From the human T2T-CHM13v2.0 reference genome, Homo sapiens: DNA of 64,000 nt. The notes under the pieces were generated by a model. The model was not told the origin of the DNA. It saw only the letters and a program-made list of their open reading frames with translations, and searched no databases. The stretch lies in NCBI RefSeq assembly GCF_009914755.1, contig NC_060942.1; one strand, 5' to 3'. Below are positions 1-12,378 of the stretch, in pieces. The translations under genes were made by a program, and so were the position numbers. Position 1 is the first letter of the stretch, and every line of letters starts with the position of its first letter.

Positions 1-954
1 CAGCTAAACAAAACAGCACACTTAGCAGTAAAGACCACAGACTGCCAGTGCTTACAGTCATACTGCACTGATGGAGACGAGAGTTTTGTCTATCAGCTGT
101 AGCCAGAAAAACCTGCCATTACTCAAAAACAGCTCGGTATTTGTGGCATAGTCAACAGTATATCTTCATGGGTGACAGATCCCTCCAGCTACTATGACCC
201 TCTTAAATGTTAATTCATTTCTATACCTGACATATTCCCTTCAAATGTCTCCTAATAACACTAATCACTCACTTGGCCTCAGCAATATACTTTTTCATTC
301 TAATTGCCGAAACTTACTGGCTCATTTATTAGACATTCAGACTTAAAGTAAGTTATAGAATGTAGCTGTGAACTCAGAACTGACCGTAAAAGAATCTTGA
401 AATAGCTGTAGCAGTTGTTGCAAACTGTGCACTTTACTGGGTCTGTATAACAGGCTTTCAGAGGGTTTCTCACTTTTTTTGGAAAGACACACAGTTCTAC
501 AAGTGTAGTTTAGTTCATTCCCCAAACCACAACAGAAGCAAAGCAGAAGAACAGGGGATAAGCACATTGCTCAAATAAAGTTCAGTGTATGAGGCGGTAT
601 TGCAAAAAGAAGCCCAACAAGAAAGACATCCCATGTCAATTGATCAGAAGACTTAACCTTGTTAAGTCCCTAAATTGATCTACATATTCAGCACAGTCCC
701 AATCAAAACCCCAGCTGGGCCCAAAGCAGTCTACAGTTAATGCTGTTCCTATCAAACTGCCAACGTCATTTTTCACAAAACTGGAAACAACTATGCTAAA
801 ATTCATATGAAGCTAAAAAACAGCCTGAATAACAAAAGCAATCCTAAGCAAAAAGAACAAATCTGGAGGCATCATGCTACCTGACTTTATACTATAGAAT
901 AATTACCTCTGCTCATATTTTTCCCACACCTCAACCAAATATATACAACTATGA

Positions 955-1558
955 TCCCCCATTACTACTACCACTCATCACTACCATCACCGTCTCCCAC
1001 ACAACCTTCAACTACAACACCCCACACAACTACCACCACCACTACCACTCCCACTCACAACTACCATCATCTTCTGCACAATGTTCAGTGACAGCCACAC
1101 CCCACACAGCTACCACCACCATCACCACCACTACTACCACTCACCACTGCCATCACCATTTCCCACACAACCCTCAATTACAACCACACCCCACAGAACT
1201 ACCACCACCACTACCACTACTCACCACTGCCATCACCATTTCCTACCACCACCACCACCACCACCACCACCTCCCCCATCTCCCACACAACCCTCAATAA
1301 CAACCACACCCCACACAGCTACCACCACCACCACTACCACTCACCACTGCTGTCACCATTTCCCACACAACCCTCAACTACAACCATACCCCACACAGGT
1401 ACCACCACCACCGCCACCACTCCCACTTACAACTACGGTCATCTTCTGCACAATGTTCAATTACAACCACACCCCACACAGCTACCACCACCACCACCAC
1501 CACTGACAACTACCATCATCATCTCCCACACAACCCTCAACTACAACCACACCCCACA
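955..1558. repeat. CAC-rich degenerate minisatellite (~80-120 bp units)
   Basis: Anchor cccacacaacc(c/t)tcaa recurs near 996, 1162, 1282, 1362 and 1525; variant ctgcacaatgttca near 1074 and 1446. (CAC)n runs lie between anchors. Confidence 0.9.
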
Positions 1559-1948
1559 AATTTTAGGGATCATATTGTATGATTGACTACGTTGCTTAAA
1601 TATGACAAGATGTAGTTTAAAAACAGCTTATTATAAAACATCCACTGTAGCCAAAATTATCTGGGTTTCCTTTTCTTTGGATCTTTTCTGTCTGTCACTG
1701 AGAAAAATACACCAGCAAGACACAAGAAACTGTAATACTACTCCGATTAACAGTAATATTACCTACTGTATTATTAATGCAGTGTCTGCCATGTAACAGA
1801 TGTTATGTGTGTGTGTGTGTACATATATAGATTTAATCTTCATAAAGGTACACATTCCCATTTTACAGGTAGTAAGGCTTAAACTAAGCGAGCATTTTGC
1901 CAAAGGTCATACAATCAGGTAGCAAAGTTGGATTTAAAATTAATTCCA

Positions 1949-2071
1949 GAGTTGGGTGCTGTGGCGCATGACTCTAGTCTTAGCTACTCAAGAGGCTGAG
2001 TCAGGAGGAACACTTAAGGTCAGGAGTTTGAGCCAGGCTGAGCAATACAGTGAGACCTTGTCTCAAAAAAA
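1949..2071 (+). mobile_element. Alu monomer (FLAM-like)
   Basis: Single diverged Alu arm ending in ...gagaccttgtctcaaaaaaa. Confidence 0.8.
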
Positions 2072-3379
2072 TTTTTTTAATAAAATAAATAAGCAAATTC
2101 CTGTATTCAGTTTTCACAATCTCTCTAACATAGTCAAATCCACAACCTCATACTAAAGAATGTTTTTGGAAAGCACTTGATGTCCCTCTCTGGGCTGACA
2201 GTCTACTGACTGTCTAAATGAGACTCAGAAATCTGAAAGCTTGGTTTTCATTAGCTCCAAACTATCAGTTCCTAAAAAGGCTTAGAGGACATGGAAGACA
2301 AAAGTGGCTATCCTTTGCTAGGAATTATCAGAATAAGTACCTAAATTAATCTCTCCAGGATTTTTTGTTTTCTCTTCAGCATATGCCCAAGGTATGTATG
2401 ATGTGAGCAGCCTGAAGCTATTCTGAATGACAAGGACTAGTTTTAGGTAACCTCCAATTGAATTGTTTTTATTTTTCCTATGGAGATCCAGAGACGTTTG
2501 TTTTCAAATGGAGCAAACAGCACTGTGATACTGACTTTGTTTATTAAAAAATAATTGTTTCCAAATTAATTTCAACTCATAATGAGTTAAAGCGATTAGA
2601 AATAAAGATAGTATCTCCAAAAAAAAAAAAAAAATACTATAAGGCTACAGTAACCATAACAGCATGGTAGCAAAACAAAAACAGACATATAAACCAATGG
2701 AACAGAATAGAGAACCCAGAAATAAAGCCACAAACCTACAGCCATCTGATCTTCAACAAAGTCAACAAAAATAAGCAATGGGGAAAGGACTCCTTATTCA
2801 ATAAGTAGTACTGGAATAGCTGGCTAACCATATGGAGAGGAATGAAACTGGACCCCTGCCTTTCACCATGTATAAAAATTAACTCAAGGTGGATTAAATA
2901 TTTGAACATAAGACCTCAAACTATAAGAATCCTAGAGGGAAACTTAGGAAACACCATTTTGGACATTATTCTTGGGAAAGAATGTATGACTAAATTCTCC
3001 AAAGCAATTGTAATAAAAAAACACAAAAATTGACAAATGGGACCTAATTAAACTAAAGAGCTTCTGCACAGCAAAGGAAACTATCAACAGAGTAAACAGA
3101 CAACCTACAAAAGAGGAGAAAACATTCACAAACTATTCATCTGACAAAAGTCTAATACCCAGGATCTATAAGGAACTTAAAACAATTGAACAAGCCCAAA
3201 ACAAACCACCCCATTAAAAATGAGCAAAAGACATGAACAGACACTTCTCAGAAGAAGACATACAAGCAGCCAACAAACCTGAAAAAATGCTCCACATCAT
3301 TAATCATCAAGAAATGCAAATCAAAACCGCAATGAGATACCATCTCACAGCAGTCAGAATGGCTGTTATTAAAAAGTCA

Positions 3380-3623
3380 GCAGCCTGGGCAACATGGCGA
3401 AACTCTGTCTCTACAAAAAATACAGAAATTAGCTGGGCATGGTGACAAAAAATACAGAAATTAGCTGGGCATGGTGGCACGCACCTGTAGTTCTACCTAC
3501 TTGGGAGGCTGAGGTGGAAGGATCACGTGAACCCAGGAGGCAGAAGTTGTAGTGAGCTGAGATTGTGCCACTGCACTCCAGCCTGTGTGACAGGGTGAGA
3601 CACTGTCTCCAAAAAAATAAAAC
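3380..3623 (+). mobile_element. 5'-truncated Alu in L1, with internal ~30-bp duplication
   Basis: TSD aaaaagtca (3371-3379 / 3624-3632). aaaaaatacagaaattagctgggcatggtg is present twice. Confidence 0.9.
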
Positions 3624-5284
3624 AAAAAGTCAAAAAACAATAGATGCTAGCAAGGCTGCAGAGAAAAAATGCTTATACACTTAGTGTGAATGTAAATTAG
3701 TTCAGCCACCATGGAGACCAGTTTGGAGATTTCTCAAAGAACTTAGAGCTACTATTCAACCCAGCAGTCCCACTACTGGATATATACCCAAAAGACAGCA
3801 GATTGTTCTACTAAAAAGATACATGCACTTGCACATTCATCACAGCACTATTCACAGTATCAGAGACATGGATCAATCCACCGTTGATCACCGGTGGATT
3901 GGATGAAGAAATGGTGGATTGGTACATGTATATCATGGAATACTGTGCAGCCGTAGAATCAAATCATGACCTTTGTAGCAACATGGATACAGCTGAAGGC
4001 GATTATCCTAAATGAATTAACATGGGAATAGAAAACCAAATACCACATTTTCTCACTTATAAGTTGGAGCTAAATATTGGGTACTCATGGATATAAAGAT
4101 GACAGCAATAGAAACTGGGGACTACTGGAAGTGGGAAAAGGGCTGAAAAATTAACTATTGGGTACTATGCTCAGTACCTGGGTGATGGGATCATTCATAC
4201 CTCAAACCTGAGCATCGTGCAGTATACCCAGGTAACAAACCTGCGCATGTACCCCCTGAATCTAAAATAAAAGTTGAAAAAGGAAAACGGAACAACAATA
4301 AGCCCATTTTCCATAGTGGTAAAGATACAGGTGTCATACATCTATTTTAAAAAGAAAAAAAATTGAAATTAATGAGCTAAGCAGTCATTTGAAGAATGGT
4401 GAAAATAATAAATCCAAAGAAAGAAGAAAAAAAAGTTCTAAAGCAAAACATAGTAAAATTAAAGAAATGAGAGAAGATTAACATCTCCAAAGCTGCTTTT
4501 TTGGAAAAAATAATAATAATAGACAAACCTTTGGCAAAATTGACCAAGGCAGGAAAGAGACAATTTTACACGAAAAGCATTTGTCAAGTGAGAATCTAGC
4601 AGAATGAGATTAGTTAAAAATTCAAAAAAACTTTAAAAGAATTAAAGGTAAATAAATGTGTTGCAAAAAGAATGACTTAAGTATCAAAGACTTCTAAAAT
4701 GCCTCTTTCATGAACCCCTCGAATATGTTTTCCAAAATGGTCTTTATGGGTTGTCCTGAGAATTTATACACCTTATACCATTGTATAACTTTGTCCCCTG
4801 CCCTGCAAAAAAATTGCACCAAAATCTAAGCCCACTTTATTCTTTGTTCATTCTAAGATTTAGTGCACAGTTGTAATTAAAATCTAAATTTCGTTAAATA
4901 AAACAGAAAAACTAATTTAGAAATAAATCCAGCTGGGTTTTGTTTTAAAATTGAAAGGCTGATTCTGAAATTTATATAGATATACAAGAGACCTAGAATA
5001 ATCAAACGATCTTGAAATAGAACAAAATTGGAGGATTCACACTCCCTGCTTTCAAAGCCTACTACAAAGCCACATTACACAAAACAGTGTGGTATTGACA
5101 GTTCCACAGAACTATGGAATAGGATTGAGAGTCCCAAAATAAACCCTAATATTTATAATCAATTGATTTTTTTTTTTTTTAATAAGGGCACCAAGACAGT
5201 TCAATGGGGAAAGAATATTTTTCAACAAATAGTGCCTGGGAGAACTGGATAGCCACATGCAAAAGAATTAGGGTAGACCCTTAC

Positions 5285-6188
<904 letters not shown>

Positions 6189-8320
6189 CTTACCTAGTAC
6201 CATATACAGAGATTCACCGAAAATCAACCATAGACCATAAACATTAGACCTAAAGCTATAAAACCTCTAAAAGACAACATAGGAATAAATCTTCATGACC
6301 TTAGGTTAAGCATTGGTTTCTTAGATTTGACACCAGTAAAGCACAAGCCACAAAAGAGAAAATAGGTGAATTATCAAAATCAAAAAGATCTGTGCTTCAA
6401 ACAACACCATCAAGACAATGAAAGACAGAGAATAGGGACAAAAATTTGCAAATGATGTATTTGACAAAGGACTTGTATCCAGAATACGTAAAGAACTCTT
6501 ACAACCCAGTAAAAAGAAATGGCCCAATTTTTTAAGTGAGCAGAGGATTTGAATAGACATTTTCCCAAAGAAAACATACAAGTGGTCAATAAACATGTGA
6601 GAAGATGCTTAGAATTCCTAGTCATTAGCAAAATGCAATCAAAACGAGAAATGAAGTATCACTTAATACCCACTAAGATGGCTGTGAGTTTTAAAAAAAC
6701 AGAAAATAACAGGTGTTGGTGAGGATGTGGGGAAATTGGAACCCTGATGCATTGCTGGAGGGTATGTGAAATGGTACAGCCGCTATGGAAAATAATTTGG
6801 CAGTTTCTCAATAAGCCAAACATAGAATTACTGCATGACCCAGCAGTTCCACTTCTGGATATACACTAGAAAAGTTGAAGCAGATTTTCAAACAAAAACT
6901 TGTTCACAAGTGTTCACAGCAGTGTTATTCACAATAGACAAAAAAGTGGGAATCACCCAAATGTCTGATGGGTCGATAAACAAAATCTGGTATATCTGTA
7001 AAATGAAATATTATTTGGCAGTGAAAAGGAATGGAGTTACTGCTACATGCTATATCCAGATGGGTGAACCTTGAAAACATTATGCTAAGTGAAAGAAGCC
7101 AGTCACAGAAGCCCACAGATGTGTGATTCTATCTATGTGAAATGTCTAGGACAGGCAGATCTATAGAGAGAAAGTAGAGCCTGCTTTCCAGGGGATTAGC
7201 TGAGATACTGAATGTTAAAGTTCCCAGTATGTGCCTAGGGTGTAACATGCAGTAATACTAGTTTTCCCCTCCTGTGTTATGTTGTGTTTTTGGTATTTGA
7301 AGGGGTATAGTTAGGATTTTATAGTCCCGTAGTCCCCAGTGGTGGTTTTTACCCATTCCTTTGTTTTTCACCCTTTCCTTCCTTCATCTTCTTAGTGTCC
7401 AAGCCCCTGGTGGTGTAATTCTCTAGTCAGATGCTCTCCTCTCCCTGACCAGTCCTGCTTTTGCCTCCAGGCTCTCAAAAGCCTTGAGCTCAGGCTGGCT
7501 GGGTTATTATGTTTAAGGTTCTGCGTGGGCAGAAATTAGGCCACCTATGTGTTTTAATGTTTAAGTCCAGACTCAGGAATACTGATTTGTTGTTAACCTG
7601 ATTCATTGTTAACTGATTCATTGTTAAGTGATCAGTATTATCAACACTAAATTATTTGATAAAGCTAAGGCTCTTAATATTGGTAATTGTTATAAAATGC
7701 TGTTTTTAAACATTACAGTTTTCTCATGATTGAGCTTTTTACAGGTTGTACACATGCAGGGTGTTTATCACTGAGCTATGTGCCCAGGGTCACTGGCTGA
7801 CTGACATTTGGAAGCTAATCATAATGCGAGCTGCCACTGTGGAGCGTCTGGCGCTTGTCTTGTTCTGCCTCCTGTAGCCGCCGCCCCCCTCACTGTTGTC
7901 AGTCCTCTACAGCTCCTGGCCGCTGTGAGGCCCTTGTCCTGGTACTGCTTGGCCAGCAGAGGGTTCCATAAGCACACAAGGGAAGACAATTGCGGGTCTG
8001 TGGTTGGACCTTCCTCGTGTAGGTGTTGTGCTTCACAGCTTTAGTGCTTTCTGATAACATTTCCCCCCACAGTAAAGCATTTATTGTACATTTTAAGAAA
8101 TATGTTATATAAAGCCTTAAGCAAAAATGTGTTTTGGATCTGGTATAGTAACCCGCTAGAAATGAAATTGTCCAAATTCTTTCAATTAATGGCAAAACTA
8201 GCCAGTGCAAAAGCATTTGTTCCTTTAATTTTTTTCATACCAAATCTTTGAACTGGTGATCTAGCTAACACTGTGTTTAATGATCAGTGTCTAAATTTCT
8301 CTTCTGTATGTATTTCGTAG

Positions 8321-8440
8321 GTCTCCATCACATTTTTGCCCAGAGGTAGGGGGGATTATGCCCAGTTTTGGGATGTTGAATGTCACCCTCTTAAGGAGCC
8401 TCACATGAAACACACGTTGAGATTCCAACTCTCTGGACAA
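8321..8440 (+). CDS. CEP192: CEP192 coding exon (5th from last), C-terminal ASH-domain region
   Basis: Acceptor ...tatttcgtag| and donor |gtgagt. 120 nt, phase 0/0, VSITFLPRGRGDYAQFWDVECHPLKEPHMKHTLRFQLSGQ. Splices in frame to the recognised CEP192 C-terminus. Confidence 0.95.
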
Positions 8441-8864
8441 GTGAGTAGTACACTGAATTTAAGTAAATTATTGTATGTATTTTAAAAACAGAAAGGGAAA
8501 TTAATAAGAAAAGTTGGCCTGAAAATGCAGAATATAGCCCCATAATCTTAATTTTCTTGTTTGTCTTTATTAATTGGCATGTTTGAGGACTGGATTTGGC
8601 TGTATTGTTCATACAGCCCATGAAACCCATGTTTGACTTAGTTATATAAGAAACTCTGTGCGTGTGCATCATGTATGCACATGGGCACATGAGAGAGAGG
8701 AACCAGGCAGGACAGAGTACAGAGCTTGCAATTTAGGGGATTTAAAAATCTTAAATTGCCTTTTAAAAATTTTTAAAGGAAATGATAGAATTCAAATAAG
8801 TAAATGTCCATATATTTTCTTAGTTTTTATTTCTTCTCCGTTACCCTGTGATTTTTCTGTATAG

Positions 8865-8986
8865 AGCATCGAAGCAGAAAATGAGCCTGAAAACGCATGC
8901 CTTTCCACGGATTCCCTCATTAAAATAGATCATTTAGTTAAGCCCCGAAGACAAGCTGTGTCAGAGGCTTCTGCTCGCATACCTGA
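8865..8986 (+). CDS. CEP192: CEP192 coding exon (4th from last)
   Basis: Acceptor ...ttttctgtatag| and donor |gtatgt. 122 nt, SIEAENEPENACLSTDSLIKIDHLVKPRRQAVSEASARIP+GA. In frame with neighbouring exons. Confidence 0.93.
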
Positions 8987-9009
8987 GTATGTTGTTTTTG
9001 TCATTCTTA

Positions 9010-9610
9010 TGAGTTTTTTCCCAGTACTTTATTGAGGAATAGAGTCAGTAAAATGCTCGATGACTTTACCTGAGTTCACATGTGTTACCAGCACTCCAAC
9101 CAAGATACAGAATATTCCTCTCGCCCAGAAAGTTCTTACGTGTCCCTTTGCAGTCAAGATTTGTCCTGTTCTGATTTCTGTCATCATAGATTCATTTTGC
9201 TTGAACTTCATATATATACATATGTATGTATATATTCTTTGTGTCTGGCTTCTTTTTCTCAACATACTATTTTTAAAAATCCATTCATGTTATTGAATGT
9301 ACCTATAGTTCATTCCTTTTTATTGTTTAGTATTCCATTAAATGAACGTATCACAGTTTATTCATTTTCCTGTTGACTTTTGGATGTCTTATAATTTGGA
9401 ATGATTATTAATTAAGGTGCTATGAATATTACTGTATGTGCATTTCTAAAGATGACATACATTTTCGTTACTTTTTAGTAAAAATACCTACTTTTACCCA
9501 CAATTGCGAGGTCACATGATAACCATGTGTTGAACTTTAAAATAAACTGCCAAATAGTTTTCCCTAAATAGTTGTACCATTTTATGTTCCCATAAGCAGC
9601 ATATGAAAGT
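9010..9610 (-). mobile_element. Old L1ME-like 3' end fragment
   Basis: Diverged L1 3'-UTR-like motifs (aactgccaaatagttttcc...ttgtaccattttat). Confidence 0.6.
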
Positions 9611-10069
9611 AGATTCTTAAAAAGCTTTAAAATGTAAAACTTATACCAGCCGCATATATAGCTTTAATGAGAATATTATTTAGTATTCTACCTTATGAAA
9701 ATATTTCTTATAATCCTTAATTAACTAGTAATTAGGTCTAATTAAGTTCTTGAGGAGGATGCCTGGAAGGACAATATATGTTAAATATCTGCTGAGTTTA
9801 ATATAAATTTAGTCATTTATTTTTTAATGGGAGCCAATAATGCATTTGGAAGAAATTAGAGCCCTTTAATGAATGCATGTTCTTGGCACACTCCCTCCAG
9901 GCTGTTATCCCTTGCTTCTCTCTTGCTCTCTGAGCCCCGCGCCTCCACAGCTCCCTTCTGGAGACACAGCCTCGCCAACCCAGAGCCCACACGGGCTGCG
10001 GGGAAACAAACGAGAAACTGGGAGAAGTGACAGAGGCAGCTTGGTCTGTGAAACCTGGGAAGGAGTTCC

Positions 10070-10930
10070 CTGAAAGGGGACATTTAAGTTGAGGAGGATG
10101 AGTGGAAACGGCCTAGGTGAGGAGGGTCGGAGAAGTTCCCAGGAGAAGTTCAGTGTGAAAGGGGAGTGGTGGGGGGCAAGGCCAGAGCTGGGCCTAGGAG
10201 GTGTTTGCTTTTCTGGAGAGCTGGGAAGCCAGGGAGTGACATGATCAGGTATGCGTGTGTAGGACAATCCCCTAGCTGTGGTATGACTGATAAGAAGGAG
10301 GTGAGGAGGGGCTATTTTAAAGGAGTCCAGGAGTAAAATAGTGTCAAGGAATAGGAAGAGAACAGGCAGACTGGAGATAGGAGGGCCTCTGCAATGGACT
10401 GGATAAAGGGGATGGCTGTGAGAGGGTCGGCTCCCAGATACCATTCAGCAAACACAAGTGGAGGATCAGGTTTGAGGACAAAAATCACAAGTTCATTTTT
10501 GTATTTGTGGAGACTGAAGGTGTTTGAGCTATCCTGAGGGACCATTGTGTAGTGACTGAATAGATAGGGCTGCTGGGGGGTGCCGAGCTAGGTGTGAGGG
10601 GAAGGTCAGATGTGCAGAGAGTTGGGGGTGGAGGGGAGCCTGCAGAGACCCGGGAGTGGCCGGAGAAAGGGGAGGCAGCTGTGCAGGGTTTGGGAAGCCC
10701 AGGCAAGAGCCAGTGCCACCACCAGCAAACATTGCCTGGAGGCCACACCTGCATCAGGCACTTGGAGCAGCCTGTGTCCCTGTGATAGTGAAGTACAGTC
10801 GGTACTGCAGCGTGACGGGGCCAAGCGAAATGAACTGAGGTAAAGGGCCACCTTCATACAAACTGGGCTTCTGGCAGGTAGAGACCCAGGCTGTGAGGAG
10901 AGTGAGGCCTATCCAGCACCCTTTATGAGA
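10070..10930 (-). mobile_element. Degenerate L2 fragments
   Basis: Purine-rich L2-like motifs (gggagtgacatgatcagg..., aagttcatttttgtatttgtggagactgaaggtg). Confidence 0.45.
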
Positions 10931-11111
10931 GGATTCCTGCTGTCATCCTCTTCACATAAATTAGATAAGTCGTCATTACAAAACTTATATTTGAAAATAA
11001 ATCACCAGGAAAACATAAATTAATGCAATACTACATAATTTTAATATATAAAAACAGTTTAAGTTACTGTGGATTTCAGATTCTTAACTTTTACACCTAT
11101 TCCCAAAGCAG

Positions 11112-11238
11112 GCAGCTTGATGTGACTGCTCGTGGAGTTTATGCCCCAGAGGATGTGTACAGGTTCCGGCCGACTAGTGTGGGGGAATCACGGACACTTA
11201 AAGTCAATCTGCGAAATAATTCTTTTATTACACACTCA
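11112..11238 (+). CDS. CEP192: CEP192 coding exon (3rd from last)
   Basis: Acceptor ...cccaaagcag| and donor |gtaagt. 127 nt, (E)QLDVTARGVYAPEDVYRFRPTSVGESRTLKVNLRNNSFITHS, visible within ORF 11023..11292. Confidence 0.95.
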
Positions 11239-11345
11239 GTAAGTTGGAAATATTACTATGGGTTTTGGAAAAATACATGCATTCAACTCTGATAACAAAC
11301 ATTTTCCTGATGATTCTGTAGACTATATTTAAGTTGTAAGAATGA

Positions 11346-11643
<298 letters not shown>

Positions 11644-11675
11644 ATAATGAAGTAATTTTTAAAAATGCAATATAA

Positions 11676-11977
<302 letters not shown>

Positions 11978-12319
11978 TTAGTATTTTATTTGAACATAAA
12001 CTCACTGGAAGTTTATAACCCTTTACTTGAAAATCAAAAATTTGTTTTATATTTTAATTTTTAACTTTTTCTTTTTCTTCTGTACTATTATACACACATA
12101 TTTCTGGACAACCTTTACTTTAGTTAAAACTAGATTAAATTCATGTTAAAATTTTCTTAAATATGTTTTCATTACATTAGCATTTATTGTACTACCTAAT
12201 TTTGTGGCAATACCTAAATTTACAAAATGTATCTGTAATAAATAAATGCTTGGTATGCTTATATATGCTAAAAGATCTAATTTTCATAACTTTATAAAGT
12301 GTCTTCTATTAAATTCCAG

Positions 12320-12378
12320 CTGAAGTTTTTGAGTCCCAGAGAGCCATTCTATGTCAAACATTCCAAGTACTCTTTGAG
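12320..12378 (+). CDS. CEP192: CEP192 penultimate coding exon
   Basis: Acceptor ...aaattccag| and donor |gtaagt. 59 nt, LKFLSPREPFYVKHSKYSL+AG. Restores frame to the last exon. Confidence 0.95.

Larger units (their letters stand above)
720..4283 (+). mobile_element. 5'-truncated L1PB-like element (pieces 720-896, 2634-3379, 3624-4283)
   Basis: ORF2 C-terminal remnants (MKLDPCLSP..., MNRHFSEEDIQ...) and typical 3' end ...catgtaccccctgaatctaaaataaaagttgaaaaa. Confidence 0.85.

Noticed and set aside
1081-1506. 141-aa His/Pro/Thr-rich ORF resembling an extensin or histidine-rich protein
   Set aside because: It is the translation of the CAC minisatellite. Stop codons are rare in such sequence and there is no promoter or splice context.
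955-1558. Repeat-spacer-like periodicity (CRISPR-like)
   Set aside because: The 'spacers' are themselves CAC repeats, units are degenerate, the context is a primate intron and no cas genes are present.
7598-7626. Short tandem duplications (ctgattcattgttaa here; ctgggcagaattaca at ~23119-23148)
   Set aside because: Two-copy 15-16 bp slippage duplications, common and without further structure.
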